Notes: generated by a model from the sequence alone, not told the origin. 32,000 bases of DNA from Mycobacterium sp. 1423905.2 (GCF_001673155.1 NZ_LZLE01000210.1:5871-37870), one strand, 5' to 3'. Counted from the first letter of the stretch, positions 7,543 to 16,054 are shown. Numbers and translations are program-made.

Positions 7543-9258
7543 ATGACTTCAGACGTCGACTACGACGTAGTCATCATCGGCTCCGGATTCGGCGGCTCGG
7601 TATCGGCGCTACGGCTGACCGAGAAGGGCTACCGCGTGGCGGTGCTGGAAGCCGGGCGCCGGTTCGAGGACTCGCAATTCCCCAAGAACAGCCTGGACGT
7701 CCGCAATTTCTTGTGGGCACCCAAACTGGGCTGCACCGGTATCCAGCGGATCCATGTGCTGCCCGACGTCATCGTGCTCGCCGGGGCGGGCGTGGGCGGC
7801 GGCTCGCTGAACTACGCGAACACCCTGTACGAACCCAAGTCGGACGCCTTTTACCGCGACCGGCAGTGGGCGCACATCACCGACTGGCGCTCTGAGTTGG
7901 AGCCCTACTATGACCAAGCCAAACGCATGCTCGGTGTCGTCCGAAACCCCACCATGACCCCGTCCGACCAAGTTTTGCGCAAGGTGGCCGATGACCTGGG
8001 CGTCGGCGACACGTTCGGCATGACCCCGGTCGGCGTCTTCTTCGGACCGGACAACAACCCCACGCCGGGGGTGGAAGTCGAGGATCCGTTCTTCGGCGGG
8101 GCGGGTCCGCGCCGGCGCGGCTGCCTCGAAGTGGGCGAGTGCATGACCGGTTGCCGGCACAACGCCAAGAACACCCTGGTGAAGAACTACCTGTATCTGG
8201 CCGAACGCGCCGGTGCCCGCGTCCACGACCTGACCACCGTCACCGCGGTGCGCCCCCTTCCCGACGGCGGATACGCCGTGGACACCGTGCGCAGCGGCAG
8301 TTGGCGTAAGCGGCGCACGGCCGGCACCATCACTGCTGAGCAGGTGATCTTCGCCGCCGGCACCTGGGGAACCCAGCAGTTGCTGCACCGACTGAAGGCC
8401 GACGGCACGCTGAGCAACGTCTCCGACCGGCTCGGGGTACTGACTCGAACGAACTCCGAGGCGCTGTGCGGCGCCAGCGTGCGGATGCGTCAAGGCAAAG
8501 ACGCGGGCTTCCATCAGGGCGTCGCCATCACGTCCTCGATCCACCCCGACGAGCGGACCCACATCGAACCCGTCCGCTACGGCAAGGGTCCGCAGTCGAT
8601 GGGCCTGCTGACCACCGTCATGACCGACGGCGGCGGCCGCTTCCCGCGCTGGCTGAGATGGCTGGGGCAAGTGCTGCGTCACCCGGGACAGGCCGCCTCG
8701 GTCTACGTCGGCCTGCGTGACTGGTCCCAGCGGACCGTGATCGCGTTAGTCATGCAGACCGAGGACAACTCATTGACGCTGTTTCCCAAGCACAGGCGGT
8801 TGGGTGGGGTCAAGCTGTCGTCGCGGCAAGGCCACGGGGTGCCGAACCCGACCTGGATTCCCAAAGCCAACGAAGCGGTCCGCAAGCTCGCTGAGGATAT
8901 CGGCGGCATGCCGTACAGCAGCGTCGGGGAAATCTTCGACGTCCCCCTGACGGCGCATTTCCTCGGTGGCTGCGTCATCGGCGACTCACCGCAGACCGGC
9001 GTGATCGATCCCTACCACCGCATGTACGGCCATCCTGGGCTGCACGTGGTGGACGGGTCGGCGATCTCTGCCAACATCGGCGTCAACCCGTCACTGACCA
9101 TCACCGCGCAGGCAGAGCGCGCAATGTCGTTCTGGCCTAACAAGAACGAGCCTGACGGTCGACCGAGGCTCGGAGAGGCCTACGAACGCATCGCGACGGT
9201 GGCGCCGCAACGGCCGGTGGTTCCGACGCACGCTCCGGCGGCGTTGCGGCTGGCCTGA
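7543..9258 (+). CDS. GMC-family FAD oxidoreductase (ChoD-like cholesterol/alcohol oxidase-dehydrogenase)
   Basis: DYDVVIIGSGFGGSVSALRLTEKGYRVAVLEAGRRF...LAGAGVGGGSLNYANTLY closely resembles the ChoD N-terminus as I recall it. The C-terminal HFLGGCVIG...VVDGSAISANIGVNPSLTITAQAERA is the GMC C-terminal signature. A Shine-Dalgarno AGGAGGAAG precedes the ATG. Confidence 0.9.
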   Translation: MTSDVDYDVVIIGSGFGGSVSALRLTEKGYRVAVLEAGRRFEDSQFPKNSLDVRNFLWAPKLGCTGIQRIHVLPDVIVLAGAGVGGGSLNYANTLYEPKSDAFYRDRQWAHITDWRSELEPYYDQAKRMLGVVRNPTMTPSDQVLRKVADDLGVGDTFGMTPVGVFFGPDNNPTPGVEVEDPFFGGAGPRRRGCLEVGECMTGCRHNAKNTLVKNYLYLAERAGARVHDLTTVTAVRPLPDGGYAVDTVRSGSWRKRRTAGTITAEQVIFAAGTWGTQQLLHRLKADGTLSNVSDRLGVLTRTNSEALCGASVRMRQGKDAGFHQGVAITSSIHPDERTHIEPVRYGKGPQSMGLLTTVMTDGGGRFPRWLRWLGQVLRHPGQAASVYVGLRDWSQRTVIALVMQTEDNSLTLFPKHRRLGGVKLSSRQGHGVPNPTWIPKANEAVRKLAEDIGGMPYSSVGEIFDVPLTAHFLGGCVIGDSPQTGVIDPYHRMYGHPGLHVVDGSAISANIGVNPSLTITAQAERAMSFWPNKNEPDGRPRLGEAYERIATVAPQRPVVPTHAPAALRLA

Positions 9259-9339
9259 CCCGGCGGCCGCTGCGGTCGCGCGCAAGGTGCTGGACGGCTA
9301 GGTTGCCGTCATCTTGGTTTTCATGCAGAGGAGCACCTC

Positions 9340-10776
9340 GTGTCCGACAAGACGCCCGACGACATCTTCAAACTGGCCAAGGACGAGCACATCGAATATG
9401 TCGACGTCCGGTTCTGTGATCTGCCAGGAACCATGCAGCACTTCACAATTCCTATCTATGCCTTCGATGAGGACGTGTTCGAGGACGGCTTGGCCTTCGA
9501 CGGCTCGTCAATTCGCGGATTCCAGTCGATCCACGAGTCCGACATGTTGCTGCTACCCGATCCGGAAACGGCGGTGATCGACCCGTTCCGAAAAGCCAAG
9601 ACGCTGAATGTGAACTTCTTCGTGCATGACCCGTTCACTCTCGAGGTCTATTCGCGCGACCCGCGCAACGTCGCGCGCAAAGCCGAGAACTATTTGGTCA
9701 GTTCCGGCATCGCCGATACCGCCTTCTTCGGCCCAGAAGCCGAGTTCTACATTTTCGACTCGGTCAGCTTCGACTCGAGCACCAACGAATCCTTCTACAA
9801 AGTGGACGCGACTTCGGGGTGGTGGAACACGGGGAAGGAAACCGAGGCTGACGGCAGCCCCAACCTCGGCTACAAGGTGCGCCCCAAGGGGGGCTACTTT
9901 CCGGTGGCGCCCACCGACCATTACGTCGATCTGCGGGACCAGATCCTCACCCACCTGACCAATGCCGGCTTCCTGCTGGAGAAGGGCCATCACGAGGTCG
10001 GCAGCGGCGGCCAGGCCGAAATCAACTATCAGTTCAACACTTTGTTGCATGCGGCCGACGACCACCAGATGTACAAGTACATCGTCAAGCAGACCGCCAG
10101 ACACGCCGGCAAGACCGTGACTTTCATGCCCAAGCCGCTGTTCGGTGACAACGGGTCGGGCATGCACTGCCATCAGTCGCTGTGGAAAGACGGCGTTCCG
10201 CTGATGTTCGACGACGAGGGTTACGCCGGCCTCTCGGACCTTGCGCGCCACTACATCGGCGGTCTGCTCTACCACGCCCCCTCGTTGTTGGCCTTCACCA
10301 ATCCGACGGTCAACTCCTACAAGCGGCTGGTTCCCGGCTACGAGGCCCCGATCAACCTGGTCTACAGCCAGCGCAACCGCTCGGCGTGTGTGCGAATCCC
10401 GATCACCGGTAACAACCCCAAAGCTAAACGGCTCGAGTTTCGGTGCCCGGATTCTTCTGGAAACCCGTACCTTTCGTTCGCGGCCATGTTGATGGCCGGG
10501 CTGGACGGCATCAAGAACAAGATCGAGCCTCCGCCGCCAATCGACAAGGACCTGTACGAGTTGCCGCCCGAGGAAGCCGCCGATATTCCCCAGGCACCCA
10601 CCGCCCTGTCCGCGGTAATCGACCGCCTGGAAGAGGACAGCGAATACCTTACGGAGGGCAGCGTTTTCACGCCTGACTTGATTCAGACGTGGATCGATTA
10701 CAAACGCGACTACGAAATTGCGCCGGTCAACCTACGCCCCACCCCGTACGAGTTCGCGCTGTATTACGACGTGTGA
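9340..10776 (+). CDS. glnA: glutamine synthetase type I (GlnA1-like, adenylylatable)
   Basis: 478 aa. Near-collinear with M. tuberculosis GlnA1 as I recall it ([31 protein letters not shown]...; [46 protein letters not shown]). The adenylylation Tyr lies in [10 protein letters not shown] at codon 406 (nt 10555-10557). GTG start with GAGGAG as a Shine-Dalgarno sequence. Confidence 0.97.
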   Translation: MSDKTPDDIFKLAKDEHIEYVDVRFCDLPGTMQHFTIPIYAFDEDVFEDGLAFDGSSIRGFQSIHESDMLLLPDPETAVIDPFRKAKTLNVNFFVHDPFTLEVYSRDPRNVARKAENYLVSSGIADTAFFGPEAEFYIFDSVSFDSSTNESFYKVDATSGWWNTGKETEADGSPNLGYKVRPKGGYFPVAPTDHYVDLRDQILTHLTNAGFLLEKGHHEVGSGGQAEINYQFNTLLHAADDHQMYKYIVKQTARHAGKTVTFMPKPLFGDNGSGMHCHQSLWKDGVPLMFDDEGYAGLSDLARHYIGGLLYHAPSLLAFTNPTVNSYKRLVPGYEAPINLVYSQRNRSACVRIPITGNNPKAKRLEFRCPDSSGNPYLSFAAMLMAGLDGIKNKIEPPPPIDKDLYELPPEEAADIPQAPTALSAVIDRLEEDSEYLTEGSVFTPDLIQTWIDYKRDYEIAPVNLRPTPYEFALYYDV

Positions 10777-10781
10777 GCGCG

Positions 10782-12560
10782 TCAGGCGTCCGGGTCGGGT
10801 GCCCATCGCGGCAGGCGCACGTCAGTGCGGTGCGCAGAACGCGCGGCCGCCAGAGTTGCCGTGCGTTCACCGTTGATCGCGGTGGTCGGTGGCGGCTGAC
10901 CCTTACGCAGGGTCGCGATGAGTTCTCGATAGGGGCCAATGAGGTAGACGGTGTCGCCGGCCTTCAATCGGGCATCGCGGCGTGGCCGTAACCGAATCGG
11001 CCCTTCGGGCCGGGTGATGGCAATGACACGAGTTTGAGTGGACATGTCGACCATGCGGAGCCCGTCTAACTCGCTACCCGCGGCGACGAGCATTCCGCCG
11101 ACCATGAAGGAGCGCTGCCCGACCCAGAACGTACCCAATACCTGCAACCCCATCGCGGCGCCGATGAACCAAGGCGCCGCCAGGTCGACGATCGACCGCA
11201 CGTTCTCGAAGCCGAATCGCTTGTTGATGGCGGTACCCAGTGTGCGCCCTTGCACCCGCATGACGATGGGCACTTTGGTGTCGGATCCCAGAAGTTCGAG
11301 CAGCACGATGCCGGTTTCAATGTTCTGCATGTCGTCGTGCGTCACCACCGCCACGCCGCGGGCGCGGTCCACGCGCGCCGTCTCCAGCGTCTGGCGCATC
11401 GTCGAATTCCCGAAGATCACCGGCACGTCCAGTTTTGTGGCGGCCGGGAGGAAGCGATTGTTCTCGTCCTGCTCTATGACGACCACGTCGTATCCGGCGG
11501 TGGTCAGCTCGCTGACGACGCGAATGCCGACCGAACCCAGCCCCACCACGACGACATGCCCGCGCATATGACGCGCCCGGCGCAGCGCGGCCGTCTGCAG
11601 GAAGCGGCGGGACAGCAGCAGATCGGCAAGGAAAGCCACCAGGATGGCCGTGATGATGACGCCGCCGAACATCAACCCGACAGCGAACAGCCGCAACAAG
11701 ATCGATTGTCGGGCGAAGCTGAAGTCACCGTAGCCCACCGTCGTAATCGTTTCGGAGGCGAAATACAACGAGTCGATCCAGGACATCGTCGGGTTGTGGT
11801 ACCCGAAGCGCACCACCGTGGTCGCGCCGAGGGTGAGCAAGACAGTGAACGCCACCGAGGGAAACAAGATCGGATTCACGTCGTCGCGCATAGCGCGCGC
11901 TGCGTCGATGACTCGTCGCATCCTGGAGTTCCGAGCGCGCGTCGCACACGTGGGTGGCACGGTGATTCCGCGAGCCTCCAATTCGTCCTTCGCACCGATC
12001 ATGGAAGTCCAGTCGCCGGTGTACACCTGCAGATCGCGTCCTGGACACGCCACGACCTCACCGGGGACGGGTGCGTTTCTGCCGTGCACCACCGCAACCG
12101 GCGCTAAGTCGGCGTAGATTTCGCGCAACGTTCCCTGGTGCGGCGCTTCAGCTCCCCACACTACGAATTCGATTCCCGCCGTGGCGAACTGGTGCGCGTT
12201 GCGGGACAGCACGGCCTCGACCAGTGAGGGCGTAGCGAGTTCGGCGACGTCCAAAATTGCCCCAGGGCCGTTCACGGTGGCCACCTTCCGGCGCAATACG
12301 TCGTTGGCCAACCGTGCAACCACCCGAATGTTTGAGCTGTATTGCCTTGCCAATAAGGCGATTTCGAGATTGACAGCGTCATTGGGCCCGGCGCAGACGA
12401 CAGCCCGGGCCCGGTGCACTCCGGCGCCCAGGAGATCGGCGGCAGTATTGATCCTGACGATCCGGGCGCCCGCGCCTCTTAGCTCCTCGGCGATCGTTTT
12501 CGACAGCGCGTCGTCACCGCTGACGATGATCTCGCGATGGAACTGCAGAACCTCGGCCAT
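10782..12560 (-). CDS. potassium channel protein with RCK (TrkA-N/TrkA-C) modules on both sides of a 2TM pore
   Basis: K+ selectivity filter TTVGYGD (nt 11724-11744, minus strand) flanked by hydrophobic helices. The C-terminal RCK has HVVVVGLGSVGIRV plus a TrkA-C-like tail (LKAGDTVYLIG). The N-terminal ~200 aa resemble a degenerate TrkA-N/TrkA-C pair (EIIVSGDDALSKTIAEEL...AVVCAGPNDAVNLEIALLAR). Confidence 0.85.
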   Translation of the reverse strand: MAEVLQFHREIIVSGDDALSKTIAEELRGAGARIVRINTAADLLGAGVHRARAVVCAGPNDAVNLEIALLARQYSSNIRVVARLANDVLRRKVATVNGPGAILDVAELATPSLVEAVLSRNAHQFATAGIEFVVWGAEAPHQGTLREIYADLAPVAVVHGRNAPVPGEVVACPGRDLQVYTGDWTSMIGAKDELEARGITVPPTCATRARNSRMRRVIDAARAMRDDVNPILFPSVAFTVLLTLGATTVVRFGYHNPTMSWIDSLYFASETITTVGYGDFSFARQSILLRLFAVGLMFGGVIITAILVAFLADLLLSRRFLQTAALRRARHMRGHVVVVGLGSVGIRVVSELTTAGYDVVVIEQDENNRFLPAATKLDVPVIFGNSTMRQTLETARVDRARGVAVVTHDDMQNIETGIVLLELLGSDTKVPIVMRVQGRTLGTAINKRFGFENVRSIVDLAAPWFIGAAMGLQVLGTFWVGQRSFMVGGMLVAAGSELDGLRMVDMSTQTRVIAITRPEGPIRLRPRRDARLKAGDTVYLIGPYRELIATLRKGQPPPTTAINGERTATLAAARSAHRTDVRLPRWAPDPDA

Positions 12561-12788
12561 GTCGGAGAATCCGGTCGCTAGGTTCGCACGTTCCGGTAAT
12601 GCCGCAATGAGTGCGCCATGATCTCCCGACCTGTGTTCCCGACTTCAGTGTTCCTAATGAACTATCGACTAAGACGCGGGAAACTGCCACCGGAGCGGGG
12701 CGGCAAGAATCTGAACAGCCATGTGAGGCAACATGTTCGACTCAAGCCCGTCACGCACAGGAAATGCTTGGCGCATATGGGGGCGTAC

Positions 12789-13295
12789 TTAAGGCTGCAC
12801 GAAGGCCTTGATGGCGCGGCGCTCGTCCATAGCTCGGTATGCCTCCGCGAACTCATCCAGCGGCAGGTACAGATCGAAGACCTTGCCGGGGTTGATGCGT
12901 CCGTCGAGGACCAGGTCGATCAATCGCGGCAGGAAGTGCCGGACGGGGGCGGGGCCGCCGCGCAATCCGACGATGGCGCCGAAGAGTTGCCCTCCGGTGA
13001 TGTTGACATCGTGAGGGACGCCGACGAACCTACGAAAGCGGCGCGACGGACAGAACGGATCGCCTGGTGCATTGACTGTGCGGTGCCCACACATTCCAAG
13101 ACGGCGTCTGCACCGATCCCGTCGGTCATGTCCTTGATGACGCCACACCCTCGCCGCCGCGCTCGGCGACAATGTCGGTCGCGCACACGCACGTCGCGGC
13201 GGTGCGGATGAGCGCGTCGGTGGGTCGACGATGCGCGGTTCCGGCTCGTGCTCTGCGCGCACGTCGCCCGCGCCGTATATGACAGCTCGTCGCAT
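12789..13295 (-). pseudogene. decayed Zn-dependent alcohol dehydrogenase (internal deletion plus frameshifts)
   Basis: ADH-like segments are spread over three minus-strand frames: MRRAVIYGAGDVRAEHEPEPRIVDP; PTDALIRTAATCVCATDI; VIKDMTDGIGADAVLECVGTAQSMHQAIRSV; and VGVPHDVNITGGQLFGAIVGLRGGPAPVRHFLPRLIDLVLDGRINPGKVFDLYLPLDEFAEAYRAMDERRAIKAFVQP. The remnant is about 0.5 kb against about 1.05 kb for an intact MDR ADH, and the catalytic and Rossmann core is missing. Confidence 0.7.
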
Positions 13296-13430
13296 AAATC
13301 CTCTCCTTTGCTTCCGGCAGACTCCTACCCACGTCTCGCCGGCCTGACCTGCCGTGGCCCGTACGGCATCCGCGCGTCCGCGAACGCTTAGTTGGTTTAA
13401 GCACGGGGCGAATCGGTTTAATCCACCGTA

Positions 13431-14240
13431 ATGAGCGACTCATCTTTGCCGGTCGAGCTTCGTGAGCGTGATCCGGAGTTCATCCGCGCGGTCCTTCCTA
13501 CGCTGTGGTTGGCCTCGACGGTGTGGTTTCGCGCCGAGGTGAACGGTTTCGAGAACGTCCCGGACGAGCCGGTGTTGTTCGTCGGGAACCACAGCGGGGG
13601 CGGTGCCACGCCGGACACCTTCGTTTTACTTCTCGCCTACAACACCTTCTTCACCGTGGAAGGGCGTCCGCTGTACGCACTGGCGCATGACACCATCACG
13701 GCCGCGCCGGTGCTCGGCGGGCTCACCCGCAAGCTCGGCGTCGTTCCCGCCGACAACGGGTTTGCGGAGAAGATCTTCGACAGCGGCGGCTCAGCGCTGG
13801 TGTACCCAGGCGGGGATGTCGAGGCGCTGCGGCCGTGGCGGGACCGGCACAAGATCGTCTTCTCAGGTCGCAAGGGTTTTCTGCGCTTGGCTCACCGTTG
13901 CAACGTCAAGATCGTTCCGGTGGTCGCGACCGGCGGTCACGACACCCTGATCGTGCTCAACGACGGCCGGCGCACGGCAAAGATGCTGCGGTTGGACAAG
14001 TTCCTCCGGGTGAAGAGCTTGCCGATGACACTGAGCGTCCCGTGGGGTTTGCTGCCGGTCCCGTTACCGCACTTGCCCCTACCGGCGAAGATCCGCATGG
14101 AGGTGCTCGAACCGATCGACCTGCGGGAGCGTTTCGGCGCCCAGCCGGACTGGGACGACGCGTTCGCCTACGTCACCAGCGTCATGCAGGTCGGACTGTC
14201 GAACCTGGCCAGCCAAACCGTCCTCCCGTTGGTCCGGTGA
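13431..14240 (+). CDS. lysophospholipid/glycerolipid acyltransferase family protein (PlsC-like)
   Basis: NGFENVPDEPVLFVGNHSGGGATPD (acyltransferase block I region), VYPGGDVEALRP (block III/IV-like, cf. FPEG) and KIVPVVATGGHD fit the LPLAT superfamily pattern. Confidence 0.72.
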   Translation: MSDSSLPVELRERDPEFIRAVLPTLWLASTVWFRAEVNGFENVPDEPVLFVGNHSGGGATPDTFVLLLAYNTFFTVEGRPLYALAHDTITAAPVLGGLTRKLGVVPADNGFAEKIFDSGGSALVYPGGDVEALRPWRDRHKIVFSGRKGFLRLAHRCNVKIVPVVATGGHDTLIVLNDGRRTAKMLRLDKFLRVKSLPMTLSVPWGLLPVPLPHLPLPAKIRMEVLEPIDLRERFGAQPDWDDAFAYVTSVMQVGLSNLASQTVLPLVR

Positions 14241-14241
14241 G

Positions 14242-14694
14242 ATGACGCAGACAGTTACCGTCTCCCGCGTCATCCGCTGCCCGGTCGACGAAGCGAGCGG
14301 CTTCGTCACCGATCCGCACAAGTTGATTCCCGAAGTGTCAGCGTTCAGCCGGTGCAAATTCGTCGAGTCGTGCGACGACGGTGAGCTATGGGATGTGTTC
14401 CTCAACAGCGGCACCATCTATCTCGGTGGCCGCGTGCTCGTTTCACCGCCCGGTGACGGGCGCATGACGTGGCGGTCGGTCCGGGGGACACGGCATTCGT
14501 TCGAAGCTCGGGTCGAGCCGCATCGTCGGGGTAGCCGGTTGACCCTGACCCTGCAATATCGACTCACCGGATATGTGATCGCCCGGATCAGTGAGCTGAT
14601 CGGCCGCGGTCTGGCTACTCGCAACCTCGAAGCCGCTGCAGAAGAGATCCGGCACCACCTCGAGTTCGAAAGCGATCGATCGAACCGCCGGTGA
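14242..14694 (+). CDS. SRPBCC family protein
   Basis: TVSRVIRCPVDEASGFVTDPHKLIPEVSAF...MTWRSVRGTRHSFEARVEP...SRLTLTLQYRLTG...ARISELIG follows the START-like pattern. The ATG lies 1 nt after the acyltransferase stop, so the two are likely co-translated as an operon. Confidence 0.6.
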   Translation: MTQTVTVSRVIRCPVDEASGFVTDPHKLIPEVSAFSRCKFVESCDDGELWDVFLNSGTIYLGGRVLVSPPGDGRMTWRSVRGTRHSFEARVEPHRRGSRLTLTLQYRLTGYVIARISELIGRGLATRNLEAAAEEIRHHLEFESDRSNRR

Positions 14695-14788
14695 CCGAAG
14701 TCACATCGGTGTTTGAGGCGTCGGCTGTGTGGAATCACTTGGCCTGACACCGAACGAGGTCATGGCTCATGCCACGAGGAGAGTTTCG

Positions 14789-15346
14789 ATGAGTGAACAA
14801 GACAAAGCCGGCGAGGCCCGCAAGGGTCTGATCGATTCGGTCAAGGGCAAGGCGAAAGAGGTTGTCGGTGCCGTGACCGGCAACGATTCGCTGACTAAAG
14901 AGGGTCAGCTGGAGCAGTCGCAAGCCGAAGAACGCCGGGAGGCCAACCGCATCGACGCCATCGCGGAGGCGGAGGCGGATCAAGCTCGCGCCAACGAGGC
15001 CGAGGCCAAGGTGAAGGGTGCCCAGCAGCGCTTGGCGGCCAACGCCCAAGCCACGGCGGCTGAGGATTCGATCGAGGCCCAGGAGGCCGCGCAGAAGCAG
15101 GCGGCCGACCAGGCTGCTCAGCAGCGAGCCGCCACCGAGCGGACCCAAGCAGAGCTCGAAGCCCAACGCGAGATGCAAGAGGCGCGAGCCGAGGAGCGCG
15201 AGGAACTTCGCGAAGCGACCGAAGACGTGGTCGACGCCGCCGCAGAACACCAGAGTTCGGTGCAGGCGGCTTCCAACGAGCAGTTGGAAGCCGAACGCCT
15301 GCGGCGGGAGGCCCAGGACATAAGCAAGCAATCGGACCTGCCCTGA
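14789..15346 (+). CDS. CsbD-domain stress protein with long Ala/Glu/Gln-rich coiled-coil tail
   Basis: From ATG 14789 (Shine-Dalgarno GAGGAGAG 7 nt upstream): KGLIDSVKGKAKEVVGAVTGNDSLTKEGQLEQ is the CsbD signature. About 140 aa of A/E/Q/R-rich helix follow. Confidence 0.75.
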   Translation: MSEQDKAGEARKGLIDSVKGKAKEVVGAVTGNDSLTKEGQLEQSQAEERREANRIDAIAEAEADQARANEAEAKVKGAQQRLAANAQATAAEDSIEAQEAAQKQAADQAAQQRAATERTQAELEAQREMQEARAEEREELREATEDVVDAAAEHQSSVQAASNEQLEAERLRREAQDISKQSDLP

Positions 15347-15373
15347 GGGCACGGCTAGACACAGGAGCAGCTG

Positions 15374-16054
15374 ATGAAAATATCTGGCGTCACACAACAA
15401 GTTCTGCGCTTCCAATACCAGCTCGCCCGTTTGCCGTTGCAGGTGATCGAGGACCGGGTCTTCGCCCGAGTTCGCTCCGAAGCGCCGGCGCGATTGTTCT
15501 TCGAGCGTTCGCTGGGCATGCTCGACACGACCATCGGGGGAGTGCTGGGCGACCAGAAGCTGGCCGAGCGGGGCGCTGCGCTGCTTGAGCGCACCGATGC
15601 GCTGAGCCGCGCGGCTGAGCTCGACGCGAAGGCTCAGACGCGTAAGCAGCAGGCCGACACCAAGCTCAAGAGCGTGCGCGACGAAGCGATCCAGGATCAG
15701 CAGCAGGCGCGCGCAGCCACCGAGCAAGAGATCAAAGAAGCGCGCAACGCCGCCGAAGAACGTAAGCGTGAAGCGGCTCAGTCCGCGCAAAAGCAGAGCG
15801 CGTCGGCCAAGCAGCGCGCGGATGAGGTGGCTGCCAAGCGCAAAGAGGCGGCCGAGTCGGCCCGCGAGCAGACCGAGGCGCGCACCAAGGCCGTCGAGAA
15901 CGCCGCCGCGAAGGCCGCCGACTCTAAGCTCGACGATGCCCGCGAGATGCGCAGTGAGGCTGCCGGCAAGCGGGCTGAGGCGAATCAGGTCGAGGACCTG
16001 GCCGACGCCGAGAAGGAGAAGCGGCAGGAAGAGCGCGCCAGCGACAAGTCGTAG
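15374..16054 (+). CDS. coiled-coil Ala/Glu/Lys/Arg-rich protein (apolipoprotein/LEA-like low complexity)
   Basis: ATG preceded by CAGGAGCAG. An N-terminal ~75 aa globular-looking part (QYQLARLPLQVIEDRVF...) is followed by ~150 aa of charged Ala-rich helix (AAEERKREAAQSAQKQSASAKQRADEVAAKRKEAAESAREQTEARTKAVENAAAKAAD...). It starts 27 nt downstream of the CsbD gene. Confidence 0.65.
   Translation: MKISGVTQQVLRFQYQLARLPLQVIEDRVFARVRSEAPARLFFERSLGMLDTTIGGVLGDQKLAERGAALLERTDALSRAAELDAKAQTRKQQADTKLKSVRDEAIQDQQQARAATEQEIKEARNAAEERKREAAQSAQKQSASAKQRADEVAAKRKEAAESAREQTEARTKAVENAAAKAADSKLDDAREMRSEAAGKRAEANQVEDLADAEKEKRQEERASDKS

Noticed and set aside
6043-8682. Long minus-strand ORFs (343 aa, 357 aa) inside the ALDH and GMC oxidoreductase genes
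   Set aside because: These are typical high-GC antisense open frames. They have no motifs, whereas the plus-strand products carry complete catalytic signatures.
9259-9339. Search for a GlnR operator (gTnAc-n6-GaAAc type) upstream of glnA
   Set aside because: Only weak half-site-like strings are present (for example GAAAAC on the minus strand near 9320). This is not enough to call a site by eye; a position weight matrix scan is needed.
12561-12788. Possible c-di-AMP (ydaO/kimA class) riboswitch upstream of the K+ channel
   Set aside because: I could not find the paired conserved cores or the pseudo-twofold helices by inspection. The region is kept only as an unexplained long leader.
12618-13211. 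197-aa plus-strand ORF across the K+ channel leader and the ADH remnant
   Set aside because: No recognisable domain. It is antisense to the ADH-derived peptide blocks and has biased Arg/Ser/Ala composition.
13391-13430. GGTTTAA direct repeat and TTTAAT as a possible -10 for a leaderless acyltransferase mRNA
   Set aside because: The hexamer does not fit TANNNT, and the spacing to the ATG (8 nt) is only marginal. The evidence is insufficient.
14735-15790. 351-aa Leu/Arg-rich minus-strand ORF
   Set aside because: It is the mirror image of the Glu/Ala/Gln-rich coiled-coil genes. The plus strand carries a recognisable CsbD motif and two Shine-Dalgarno-preceded starts.
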